The notes under the pieces are model-generated. The model worked only from the letters and a program-made list of their open reading frames with translations, did not search any database and was not told the origin of the DNA. From Clostridia bacterium (GTDB lineage Bacteria > Bacillota > Clostridia > Christensenellales > Aristaeellaceae), in contig JAFUHD010000292.1 of NCBI GenBank assembly GCA_017469025.1, forward strand, positions 1,539 to 65,538: a stretch of DNA of 64,000 bases, read 5' to 3'. Position 1 is the first letter of the stretch, and each line of letters opens with the position of its first letter. Shown piece after piece: positions 18,106-27,534 of the stretch. Position numbers and translations under genes: made by a program.

Positions 18106-18270
18106 TTTAATGACATAGTCGTGTTTTCGGCACCGTATCAATCGCAGTTGTCATGATTTGACAAACCAGCATGAAATGCTGGGCCATTTTCTTTAATGAC
18201 ATAGTCGTGCTTTCAGCATCGTATCAATAGCAGATGCCATTGTTGGACAGACCAGCATGAAGTGCTGGCC
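18106..18270 (-). repeat. Two tandem full copies (C 18106..18187, D 18192..18270) of the structured repeat in the 5' leader of the M55 peptidase gene
   Basis: The reverse complement of C is ATGGCCCAGCATTTCATGCTGGTTTGTCAAATCATGACAACTGCGATTGATACGGTGCCGAAAACACGACTATGTCATTAAA, followed by GGAGA and the ATG at 18094. D is a diverged copy directly upstream. Confidence 0.85.
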
Positions 18271-18392
18271 TGATAACATGGCTGTGCCATATCATTCAAT
18301 AATCAGGCTTTTGTCTTCGGACAGGTGCCTTTAAGCACAGGTGGTAAAATGGCATTCAGGCTGTGTATGCCGCAGAAAAGGCTGTTTTCAGA

Positions 18393-19100
18393 TCAGGCTA
18401 TTTCGAGTGCAATTTCCATCATCTGGGTAAATGTATTCTGACGGTCTTCTGCAGGAAGCGATTCACCCCTGAAGATATGATCTGAGATGGTGCAGATTGC
18501 CAGTGCCTGCTTTCCGGCTCTGGCAGCATTCAGGTACAGTCCGGCTGCTTCCATTTCTGTTGCCAGAACGCCCAGGTTTTTGAGCTTTGCTGAACTGCCG
18601 GTTTCATCATAAAAGATGTCTGAAGAATAGAGGGCGCCTATCTTCGGATCAATTCCCAGATGCTTTGCAGCCTCGTAGGCTTTCATCAGCAGATCGAAGG
18701 AACAGCAGGGAGCAAGATTGCCGTCAAAGCCGAACTGGCGGCCAAAGCAGGAATTGGTGTAGGCACTCATGCCAAATACGATATCACGAAGCTTGATATC
18801 ATCGCCGATACCGCCTGCTGAACCGATACGGATGATATTCTCAACATTGTAAAAATTATAAAGTTCATATGAATAGATGCCGATGGATGGAATACCCATT
18901 CCGGATGCCATGACAGATACTCTTTTTCCTTTGTATGTGCCGGTGTATCCCTGAACACCGCGTACATTGTTTACCAGTTCTGCGTTTTCAAGATAGTGTT
19001 CAGCGATAAATTTGCTGCGCAGTGGATCTCCGGGCATAAGAACAGTACGGGCAAATGCGCCTTCTTTTGCAGTAATATGCGGCGTTGGAACTTTAGCCAT
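18393..19100 (-). CDS. deoD: Purine nucleoside phosphorylase, DeoD type
   Basis: 235 aa. Motifs include TPHI, VLMPGDPLR, SVMASGMGIPSIGIYSYEL and ATEMEAAGLY. Confidence 0.92.
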   Translation of the reverse strand: MAKVPTPHITAKEGAFARTVLMPGDPLRSKFIAEHYLENAELVNNVRGVQGYTGTYKGKRVSVMASGMGIPSIGIYSYELYNFYNVENIIRIGSAGGIGDDIKLRDIVFGMSAYTNSCFGRQFGFDGNLAPCCSFDLLMKAYEAAKHLGIDPKIGALYSSDIFYDETGSSAKLKNLGVLATEMEAAGLYLNAARAGKQALAICTISDHIFRGESLPAEDRQNTFTQMMEIALEIA

Positions 19101-19187
19101 AATTCAGTCTCCTTCCAGGACAGAAGTAATCTTACGGGAATTACTTCTTAATGACAGACACTAAGTCGTTTTTCGGTGTCGAAACCC

Positions 19188-19216
19188 ATTATACGTGTTT
19201 TTACTGCTGGTTTCAA
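19188..19216 (-). promoter_or_regulatory. Near-consensus sigma-A promoter of deoD
   Basis: On the minus strand: TTGAAA (19211..19216), a 17-nt spacer and TATAAT (19188..19193). This predicts a leader of about 80 nt. Confidence 0.6.
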
Positions 19217-19385
19217 TTGTCTTCCGGACATACTGCCTGATATGAAGACAATCTGAAGAAATCGAAATCGAAATAGGCCAGGCAGGCACAAACATGCTTG
19301 ACAGAAAACTGGGAAATCGCTAATATTAAACTGAAGTGATTTCGCCCTGAATTAAAGAATCGGGAAAGCCAGGAAAGGAACATTC

Positions 19386-20423
19386 ATGCAGATTCGAACT
19401 GAAAAGTGGACAGCACTCTGTCTTATCTGTGCTGTTGTTCTGCTGAGCGTTTGTGCAGCACTGACCTTTCTGGTAGATCCGTTTGAGCATTACCGGGAAT
19501 CATCCATACTGCCACTGTATGATCAGGAAAGCTATAATAATCCGGGTATCGCGCGGAATTACGATTATAATGCTGTCATTCTGGGCACGTCCATGGTAGA
19601 GATGAGTATGCCGTCCGTGATTGATGACTGCTTTTCGGTTTCATCTGTTAAGCTTCCGATGCGCGGTTCACATACTGCACAGATGGGATGGCAGCTGGGT
19701 CATGTTTTGCAGACACATCCGCTTTCACTGGCAATACTGGCTGTAGATGCTTACAGTCTCATGGGACCGCCGGATGATGATGAGGAGATTATTACCTATC
19801 TTTGGGATGACCGGCTACTGAATGATGTATACTATCTGCTTAACCGGGATGTTCTATTCGTCAGGATTCCCAGAATGCTTAAAAACCGCGGACTGCCGCT
19901 GGATGGCAAGCGGGACAGTATGTATCAGTGGACGGACGTGGTCTTTTCGGAAGCCAGTGTAATCAGTGCTGTTGAATTCAGCAGTCAGAAGGAGATGCAG
20001 CCGGTGGATTCGAGGCTGGAGAGATCGACGGAAAATATAAGCCGCCATCTGGAATCGTATATATCAGCTTATCCGGAAACACGTTTTGTCATTTATTTTC
20101 CGCCCTATTCAGTGGGATACTGGTATATGATGACCAGAGGCGGACTTTCAGAACAGCAGTATCGATCAAGACAGAGAGTATGTGAGCTGCTGCTTTCCTA
20201 TCCAAATGTGGAAATCTATGATTATTCATCCAGAACAGAATGGACTGAAAATCTATCGCAGTATTTTGATTATTCACATCATAATACTGCGGTCAGCAAT
20301 GCTGTGATGCGTGCTATTGCGGCAGGAGAAAACAGAATTCTGACCCTTCAGGACATCGAAAGAAATAATGAGGGGATCCGGCAGTCGGTAGAGCGCTTTA
20401 TAGAAAAGTACGAACCAAAGTAA
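19386..20423 (+). CDS. Hypothetical membrane-anchored extracytoplasmic protein
   Basis: It has an N-terminal TM segment (WTALCLICAVVLLSVCAALTFLV) followed by a soluble domain of about 310 aa. No confident family was assigned, although the layout is DltD/SGNH-like. Confidence 0.5.
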   Translation: MQIRTEKWTALCLICAVVLLSVCAALTFLVDPFEHYRESSILPLYDQESYNNPGIARNYDYNAVILGTSMVEMSMPSVIDDCFSVSSVKLPMRGSHTAQMGWQLGHVLQTHPLSLAILAVDAYSLMGPPDDDEEIITYLWDDRLLNDVYYLLNRDVLFVRIPRMLKNRGLPLDGKRDSMYQWTDVVFSEASVISAVEFSSQKEMQPVDSRLERSTENISRHLESYISAYPETRFVIYFPPYSVGYWYMMTRGGLSEQQYRSRQRVCELLLSYPNVEIYDYSSRTEWTENLSQYFDYSHHNTAVSNAVMRAIAAGENRILTLQDIERNNEGIRQSVERFIEKYEPK

Positions 20424-20441
20424 TTTGCGGAGGATTCAGAT

Positions 20442-20885
20442 TTGATAATCGATCGTATTGAAGAACAAAAACGGTATTATGCCCTGCATGTTGAGATGGA
20501 GCAGGCATTCTCATTCATATCCGAGGCGATTGATCTTGAAACCGGACGTTATGATCTGGACAATGGCCTGTTTGCTACAATTTCAGAAGGAACAACGCGT
20601 CCGAAGGACAGTATTCATTTCGAAGCACATAAAAAATACATTGATCTGCAGTACTGTATAACAGGCAGTGAACGTATTGCATGGGCGAATATTCATGAAC
20701 TGAATCCGGTTGATTCTGAAAATGCAGGTGATAATTACTATTATGAAGGTCCTTCAACTTCTTTTTCCATTCGTCCGGGAACGTTTTATATCATGTTTCC
20801 AAGTGATGCACACAAAACCAGCTGTCACAATGAGTTTCCAAAATATTATAAAAAAGTTGTCATAAAACTACCAGTTGAGGAATGA
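20442..20885 (+). CDS. YhcH/YjgK/YiaL (DUF386, EbgC-like) family protein
   Basis: TTG start. The FEAHKKYIDLQYCITGSERIAW and FYIMFPSDAHK blocks are typical of the family. Confidence 0.7.
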   Translation: MIIDRIEEQKRYYALHVEMEQAFSFISEAIDLETGRYDLDNGLFATISEGTTRPKDSIHFEAHKKYIDLQYCITGSERIAWANIHELNPVDSENAGDNYYYEGPSTSFSIRPGTFYIMFPSDAHKTSCHNEFPKYYKKVVIKLPVEE

Positions 20886-21154
20886 TAACACAGAAATCAG
20901 ACTTCAACAGATGATGTTTTTCTGTTTTTCTCCGATGAAGATGATTCGGGATGATATTTAACGGTTTTCCGGAGAATGAAATTGAAATTGTTTCTTTCGA
21001 TGAAAAAGTAATGATACTAACCGTTCAAACTTTATGAAGTTTCGCTCTTTCCTTCACATAATATAGTTCATATGCTAATATGATGTCATGAAAATAATAA
21101 AGTAGTTGCTTTATATCATTTTCATATGAGCATATATAGAGGGGAGGGTAACTT

Positions 21155-21565
21155 TTGAGAACATTTGAGACAGGCAAAACAGCGGTTGAGATTATCGCCT
21201 GGCCCAAGGACAGAAAATGGGATGGACGGTATCAGACATCAGGCAGTATGGATGGCGGCATTTGTAAGCTGGTGCTGTCAAATGAAGTATTTCATGATGC
21301 TGCCAAAGCGAATACAGCTTACCGTAGATTTGCAAAACGAATGATCAAGGAAGGTTTGGTCCCGCCCAGTATAGAATTCCGGAATATGGTCAGCAATGCG
21401 GCAAAGAATATATTCTGCATTCTGACTACTTCGGAATCTGTATTTAATTCTTCCTGCGAGGTCGGAAAGATGTATGTCATTGAATCCGGCAAGGAAGAGA
21501 ATCGCCGGGTCTGTGCGGTTCTCCTGAGGGACGATAATCAGAAGACGGAGGAAAGGGTAATTTGA
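21155..21565 (+). CDS. Hypothetical protein (136 aa)
   Basis: TTG start preceded by GGGGAGGG. The stop overlaps the start of the downstream rsmF-like gene. No motif was recognised. Confidence 0.45.
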   Translation: MRTFETGKTAVEIIAWPKDRKWDGRYQTSGSMDGGICKLVLSNEVFHDAAKANTAYRRFAKRMIKEGLVPPSIEFRNMVSNAAKNIFCILTTSESVFNSSCEVGKMYVIESGKEENRRVCAVLLRDDNQKTEERVI

Positions 21566-22992
21566 GCACGCAGATCGCTGCAGGTTCATTGCCGGAAGCA
21601 TTTCTTGAACAGATGAAAAGTCTGCTTGGTGAAGCAGACTTTTTTCAATATCTTAAAACACTGGAAGAACCGGCAAAAAAAGGCATGCGTTTAAATCCAA
21701 TGAAATGTCCTGTGGATAAAACAGAGCGTTTTAAATCAGAGTGTGCATATCTTGCAGAAATGATGAGCCGCATGACAGACGGCATATCAGAAAGACAGAT
21801 GGAAAGCATACTGAAACCGGTTCCATGGGCTGAACATGGATATTATTATGAAGACCCGCTGCATCCAGGTCAGCTCCCGCTGCATGAGGCGGGCATGTAT
21901 TACATTCAGGAACCGAGTGCGATGAGTGCTGCAGCGCTGCTTGATCCGAAACCAGGGGAAAAGGTGCTGGATTTATGTGCGGCACCAGGCGGCAAGAGTA
22001 CTCAGATTGCCTCCATGATGCGGGGACGGGGACTGCTGGTCAGCAACGAACCGGTACCTGGAAGGGCCAGGGTACTGTCATCAAATATGGAACGTATGGG
22101 TGTCCGGAACAGTCTTGTTGTCTGTGAACTTCCGGAACGGCTGTCTCCTCATTTTCCGGCATTTTTTGACCGGATACTGGTTGATGCACCATGTTCAGGA
22201 GAAGGAATGTTCCGGAAAACACCGGAAAGCAGGTCCGAATGGAATGCCGGAAGTCCGATACAGTGCGCGGCACGCCAGATGGATATTCTGGAGCAGGCAG
22301 CTGTCATGCTGAAACCAGGCGGTATACTGGTATATTCCACATGTACGTTCAATGCTGTGGAAAATGAAGGCGTCATTGAGCAGTTTACCGGGAAACATCA
22401 GGAATTTGAAATGGTTCCTTTTGAATTGCCGGGACTCGGGAATGCACCGGGGGGCATGATGCATCTGTATCCGCACCGGATAGATGGAGAGGGACATTTT
22501 CTGGCAAAGCTGATAAAGTGCTCAGATGATACCTGCAGCACTGAGAAAAAGGAAGCTGTGTCCAGAAACAGAAAAAAGGGACAGATCTGTCCTGCGTTGC
22601 CGGATATCTATAAAGAAAACTGTTTTGCTGAGGAACGTCTGACCGTCCGAAATGAGATTCTCTGGTATATGCCGGACGGCATAAATCCTGGACAGCTGGA
22701 TGGAGTCAGAATGCTCCGCTCCGGCATTGCCCTGTGCAGTCTGCACGGCAGGCAGCCGGAACCTGATCATGCGGCAGGCATGGCGCTTACCAGCCTGGAA
22801 GTGAAAAACGTATGCGAACTGAGTGTATCTGAATTAAAACAGTATCAGGCAGGGGAAACAGTCAGGAAAACCTGTGACAGGGGATGGGTAATGCTACAAT
22901 ATGAAGGAATATCCGTAGGATGGGGCAAGCAGTCAGATGGAGTGATAAAGAATCATTATCCAAAGGGATTGAGGCGTCGTGCAGGAAATTAA
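21562..22992 (+). CDS. RsmB/RsmF-family rRNA cytosine-C5 methyltransferase (NOL1/NOP2/Sun)
   Basis: SAM-binding motif DLCAAPGGKST, and the catalytic Cys motifs DAPCSGEGMFRK and YSTCTFN. Confidence 0.88.
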   Translation: MSTQIAAGSLPEAFLEQMKSLLGEADFFQYLKTLEEPAKKGMRLNPMKCPVDKTERFKSECAYLAEMMSRMTDGISERQMESILKPVPWAEHGYYYEDPLHPGQLPLHEAGMYYIQEPSAMSAAALLDPKPGEKVLDLCAAPGGKSTQIASMMRGRGLLVSNEPVPGRARVLSSNMERMGVRNSLVVCELPERLSPHFPAFFDRILVDAPCSGEGMFRKTPESRSEWNAGSPIQCAARQMDILEQAAVMLKPGGILVYSTCTFNAVENEGVIEQFTGKHQEFEMVPFELPGLGNAPGGMMHLYPHRIDGEGHFLAKLIKCSDDTCSTEKKEAVSRNRKKGQICPALPDIYKENCFAEERLTVRNEILWYMPDGINPGQLDGVRMLRSGIALCSLHGRQPEPDHAAGMALTSLEVKNVCELSVSELKQYQAGETVRKTCDRGWVMLQYEGISVGWGKQSDGVIKNHYPKGLRRRAGN

Positions 22993-23024
22993 AAAAGAAA
23001 GCCGAAAGGCTTTCTTTTAATCTA

Positions 23025-23315
23025 TTATTCAAGGCCGATTGTATTTTCGATTCTGGAAATACGTGTCTCAAGATCGCTGTTTGAGGTATCAGGAGAGGAG
23101 GAGGAAAGCTTATTTTCAGTTCTGGCAAGCAGATAATCGACCGAAACTTCCAATGTATCAGCTAAAAGGCAGAGCGTTTCGAGACTGGGTTGCCGTAAAC
23201 CACGCTCGTAAAGGCCGACGGTATTCAAACTCTTACCGATTATGTCAGCCAGAGCCTGTTGGCTCATATGTTTGGCGGCACGCGCTTCTTTGAGGCGTTC
23301 ACCAAACTTCACCAT
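23025..23315 (-). CDS. XRE-family helix-turn-helix transcriptional regulator
   Basis: The HTH_3 pattern is LKEARAAKHMSQQALADIIGKSLNTVGLYERGLRQPSLETLCLLADTLEVSVDYLL. Confidence 0.85.
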   Translation of the reverse strand: MVKFGERLKEARAAKHMSQQALADIIGKSLNTVGLYERGLRQPSLETLCLLADTLEVSVDYLLARTENKLSSSSPDTSNSDLETRISRIENTIGLE

Positions 23316-23583
23316 AATAACACCCCCTTAAGTGGCTGCTCCCCTCAGCGCATCATAATTCTTTCTCTAAGTATACGATTAGAAACTTTTCTGTCTACTT
23401 ACAAAAATGATGTATTTAAAGGAAAGTTTCGATATTTTTGAAAAAATCATAGATTCAGAAAAGAAAAAGATAACAGTTTTCCTATACTTTAAGAGACTTA
23501 AAAGAGTTGCAGGAAATCAGCTGACTGTGATAAGATGATTTCAGTACCACGGCAGATTTACTTAAGCTGCTTTTTGATATCAG

Positions 23584-24726
23584 TTGACAGAGGAAGGGAT
23601 AAAATTGACAGAAAACAGGCAGACCGAAACGGAAAATTATACGTTCCGGATGCTATACCTGATGGCCATTCTTTTTGTGGTGGATGGTCATATTCCGCTT
23701 ACCGGAGAACTGCTGAACTTTGGCGGATTGTTCCGGTATTATTCCTTTCATATGCTGATGTTTGCATTTGGTTCCGGATACTTTTTCCATTCAGACTGTT
23801 CCTTTGGCAGTGCACTGCTCAAGGACTGCCGTCGTCTGCTGCTTCCCCTCTATCTCTATAACATTGCTTATGGCCTGATAGCAGCTTTTTTAAGAAAAGG
23901 CCTGGGAACAGAAATTGGCTCATCGCTTTCGATGTATACGCTGCTGATTGCCCCCATTTTGGATGGACAACATTTTGCGTATAATCTGGGCGCCTGGTTC
24001 ATCGGTGCACTGTTCCTGGTCAGAACAGTGTATCGTGCTTTGTATAATCTGTGCAGCCGTTATATGACAGCACCGGATGCTGGTGCAGCGGTGCTGTCCT
24101 TTGTGCTGGGTTCGCTGGCCGTTTACTCAGCCCGTACTTTTGAGGTTTTACCTGTCATGCTGCCCCTTCTGCGTGCAGGTATTCTTCTTCCCGGGTATGC
24201 ACTTGGATTTCTGTACCGGACACGTCTTGAACGGATCGACAGGATGCCAACGCTTCCCTATCTGACGATTCTGGTTCTTCTGAGAGTACTCTTTACGACA
24301 ATTGTACCGGAGAATGCGTACCTGCTTTCAGATCTTTCCTACATCCCCTGCGGACCGGCAGGCATTTATCTTGGCGGGCTGCTGGCCATAGCTTTCTACC
24401 TCAGAATTGCCAGAATTCTGTCGGTTCATATTGCCGGTTGCCGTCCGCTGCTGTATGTTTCCCGGCATACATTTGAAATAATGATGCATCACGGACTTGG
24501 CTTGTTTGTACTGAATGTCGGTTTTCTTTTGCTGAACTGGTTGCATCTCGGTGCACGGGACTTCAGTGTATTACAGCTGAGGACTGTCGTGAATTATGTG
24601 TATGCACCGGATGGTGCGCCGCAGTGGGCAGCACTGTATCTGATTTTCAGTATCGTATTTTCCTGTCTCATTGCCTGGCTGACTGAACGGGCAGCAGGCC
24701 AGATCAGACAAATGATCAGAAAATAA
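23584..24726 (+). CDS. Acyltransferase family 3 (membrane O-acyltransferase)
   Basis: About 10 TM segments and an N-terminal FRMLYLMAILFVVDGH block with the conserved His. The start codon (TTG) is uncertain. Confidence 0.65.
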   Translation: MTEEGIKLTENRQTETENYTFRMLYLMAILFVVDGHIPLTGELLNFGGLFRYYSFHMLMFAFGSGYFFHSDCSFGSALLKDCRRLLLPLYLYNIAYGLIAAFLRKGLGTEIGSSLSMYTLLIAPILDGQHFAYNLGAWFIGALFLVRTVYRALYNLCSRYMTAPDAGAAVLSFVLGSLAVYSARTFEVLPVMLPLLRAGILLPGYALGFLYRTRLERIDRMPTLPYLTILVLLRVLFTTIVPENAYLLSDLSYIPCGPAGIYLGGLLAIAFYLRIARILSVHIAGCRPLLYVSRHTFEIMMHHGLGLFVLNVGFLLLNWLHLGARDFSVLQLRTVVNYVYAPDGAPQWAALYLIFSIVFSCLIAWLTERAAGQIRQMIRK

Positions 24727-24757
24727 AAATGGGACTGCAGAAATGCAGTCCCATAGA

Positions 24758-25867
24758 TTATTTGTTCGCCCTGAATTCATGCTTTTTGTAAAGATCAATC
24801 ATCTGTTTGATACGCACAGCCGGCTTGATGAGATCATGAATGCTGTTTCCGCTGTTCAGGGTATCGATCAGGGCAGCGATATAACGGTTCATATTGACAG
24901 ATACATACCAGCTGCGTGCTTTCAGTTCCGGTTTCTGATAGATCAGATTGGTTGTAAATATCCGGTCAAACTGTCCTTTCGCATAAGCCTGATCGAATTT
25001 GTCAAGACCATTCGTAAACAAACCAAAGGTGGAAAAGATGAATACCCGTTTTGCACCCATTTCCTTGAGCTGACGGGCGGTATCCAGCATGCTGCCGCCG
25101 GATGAAATCATATCGTCCACAATGATGACATCCATGCCCCTGACGGATGATCCACAGAAGTCATGGGCGATTACAGGATTGCTTCCATTGACAATCTGTG
25201 TGTAATCGCGGCGCTTGTAGAACATGCCGATATTGACACCGAAAAGGGTCGCAAGGAATACCGCGCGTTCTGTGGCACCTTCATCAGGTGCAATGAACAT
25301 GACGTGATTGCTGTCCAGTATCAGATCTTCATATTCGGTCAGCATAGCCTGTGTGAACTGCAGGGCGGGAGATATATTTTCAAGGCTCATGAGGGGCACG
25401 ACATTCTGCATTCGGGGATCATGTGCATCGAAGGTCAGTATGCTGTGCACGCCCATCTGTTCAATTTCACGGAGCATGATGGCACAGTCAAGGGATTCAC
25501 GTGTGGTTTTCCGGTGCTGGCGTCCCTCATATAGGAAAGGCATGATAACGGTGATGCGGTCCGCTTTTCCATTGCAGGCTGCAATGGTCCGTTTCAGATC
25601 CTGATAATGGTCATCAGGCGACATGTGGTTGATTTCTCCATTCATCGTATAGGTGATGGAAGAATTGCATACATCAACAATGATGTAGATGTCTCGGTCT
25701 CGTACAGATTCCCTGATGACACATTTTGCCTCTCCGCTGCTGAAACGGGGATGTTCAGCCGGAATCAGAAAATGTTCACCTTCGTGCCATTCAGACAAAA
25801 TTCTGTCCACACGTTCTCCGATTTGAGCGGCAGATTTAAGTGCAATTACGCTTAATTTTCCAGGCAT
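24758..25867 (-). CDS. prs: Ribose-phosphate pyrophosphokinase (PRPP synthetase) family, long form
   Basis: N-terminal FSSGEAKCVIRESVRDRDIYII, the PRPP-binding loop DVIIVDDMISSGGS, and an AGGA SD. Confidence 0.8.
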   Translation of the reverse strand: MPGKLSVIALKSAAQIGERVDRILSEWHEGEHFLIPAEHPRFSSGEAKCVIRESVRDRDIYIIVDVCNSSITYTMNGEINHMSPDDHYQDLKRTIAACNGKADRITVIMPFLYEGRQHRKTTRESLDCAIMLREIEQMGVHSILTFDAHDPRMQNVVPLMSLENISPALQFTQAMLTEYEDLILDSNHVMFIAPDEGATERAVFLATLFGVNIGMFYKRRDYTQIVNGSNPVIAHDFCGSSVRGMDVIIVDDMISSGGSMLDTARQLKEMGAKRVFIFSTFGLFTNGLDKFDQAYAKGQFDRIFTTNLIYQKPELKARSWYVSVNMNRYIAALIDTLNSGNSIHDLIKPAVRIKQMIDLYKKHEFRANK

Positions 25868-25884
25868 GTTTTTTCCTCAGCTGT

Positions 25885-26481
25885 TCATTGGTTACGGGCA
25901 GATTCTGAGCTTCTATTCAGGTCACTTTTAAGAATGGAATACAGACTGACATCTACATAACGGCCTTTATTGTATAGCCGCTGACGCAGAATGCCTTCTT
26001 TATGCATGCCGCATTTTTCCATGACACGGCCGGAAGCCGGATTTTCCGTTTCATGCTGTGCTTCAATACGGTTGATATCCATGGATGAAAAGGTGTACTG
26101 AATGACTTCACCAAGCGCTTCGGTCATTATGCCCTGATTCCATTTCCAGTGTGCCAGTGAATATCCGACTTCAGTACTGTGGTTATGCTCATCAAAGGAC
26201 ATATAACCGATGGTGCCAATCAGGTGGCCAGAAAACCGTTCAATAATCCCCCAGCTGGATGGTTCATCCAGCCGGTACTGCCGAATCATTGAGCGGCAGT
26301 ATTGTCTTGCCTCACGAATATCGGTCTGTGCATCCCAGAGTACATAACGTGCGACCTCCGGGTCTTTGCTGTATGCAAATATATCATCTGCATCAGACAT
26401 ACGGATACGCCTCAGAATCAGACGTTCCGTTTCAAGCTGGGGCAGATAAAACAGGTTTGAACGAAAAAAGATCATAGGCAC
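25885..26481 (-). CDS. GNAT family N-acetyltransferase (RimJ/RimL-like)
   Basis: TERLILRRI..., HWKWNQGIMTEAL and RIEAQHETENPASGRVMEKCGM are typical of the Acetyltransf_3/RimJ type. Confidence 0.8.
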   Translation of the reverse strand: MPMIFFRSNLFYLPQLETERLILRRIRMSDADDIFAYSKDPEVARYVLWDAQTDIREARQYCRSMIRQYRLDEPSSWGIIERFSGHLIGTIGYMSFDEHNHSTEVGYSLAHWKWNQGIMTEALGEVIQYTFSSMDINRIEAQHETENPASGRVMEKCGMHKEGILRQRLYNKGRYVDVSLYSILKSDLNRSSESARNQ

Positions 26482-26860
26482 CTCTGCTTTTTTACGTTAC
26501 TGGTATTATACCTCATCTTTTCTGGATAAAACAGGGTTCTGACAAAATGAGTTGAAAAATGTGAATGAATTTCCCTGACAAGACAAAAATTTACATGATA
26601 CTGAAAATGCAGAAGTGAGTCAGTTATAGTAAACGAATATTATATTTGTGCATTGACGATTCCCAAAAATCTGGCTGAGTCGTCTCAAATAAGCTGAAAG
26701 CGCAAAGATCAAATTCGTTTACTATATCTGTGGACTGGCTGAAACAGCTTTATACTGAACGTCCTGAATAAACCATGAATGACGGTTGTATCGAAGGGAA
26801 AAGTATGATATTCTCGAAGCTGTCCGGAAGATCTGTAATCTGACAAAGGGGAAATGCAAA

Positions 26861-27364
26861 ATGGAAAATCCGATTGTTATCTCAATTGACAGAAAAGTCA
26901 GGCCATCAGAAGTTTTCCTGAGAAGGGGTATGGCTGTGCTGGCGGCTTTTTTTCTTCTAGAGGGAATTATGTTATCTTCCGGGTTCATGCTGCCGTGTTT
27001 TCTTATGACGGCAGGCTACTTTGTCTACAAACATGTATCCAAAAGAGAATATGAGTATATTCTCGAAAACCGGGTGCTGACAATAGAGCGTGTCAGTGAT
27101 TATGGACGAAATGTGATATGGGAAATTCCGTTTTCTTCAATTCAGCTGCTCTGCAGGCCGGATTCTCCTGAGGCAGCACCCTATCGCCGCGGCGGCAGTA
27201 TTCCCGTCAAAAAATATGATTATACATCATATTTGCCTGAAATCCCGTACTTTACGCTGATCGCAAAAGAAGCTGGAAAACAGCCGGTAAAACTGCTGCT
27301 GGATCTGACACCCGAAGCGATTGACAAAATTCGGAAGACTGTTCCGGAAAGTGTCAGATGCTGA
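26861..27364 (+). CDS. Hypothetical two-TM membrane protein
   Basis: The start is set at ATG 26861 (AAGGGGA upstream). It has a hairpin of two TM segments (MAVLAAFFLLEGIMLSSGFMLPCFLMTAGYFVY) followed by a soluble domain. Confidence 0.5.
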   Translation: MENPIVISIDRKVRPSEVFLRRGMAVLAAFFLLEGIMLSSGFMLPCFLMTAGYFVYKHVSKREYEYILENRVLTIERVSDYGRNVIWEIPFSSIQLLCRPDSPEAAPYRRGGSIPVKKYDYTSYLPEIPYFTLIAKEAGKQPVKLLLDLTPEAIDKIRKTVPESVRC

Positions 27365-27534
27365 CGTCATTTTCTAAAAATTATGGACTTTTTTTATTGT
27401 ATGTGTTATGATCTGTATGATTTTCAGAAGTAAAATCTGAAATAATGCGGCGGGTAAATACCGTATTCTGATTGTATTTTACGGTCTCCTCTGGAGCCGT
27501 GGAAGAAATATCATTATAGGAGGATTGGTTCATT

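Noticed and set aside
19101-19187. Purine riboswitch in the deoD leader
   Set aside because: The leader lacks the conserved purine-riboswitch core (the junction and loop-loop motifs of the three-way structure). Only a simple hairpin and the repeat-like fragment are present.
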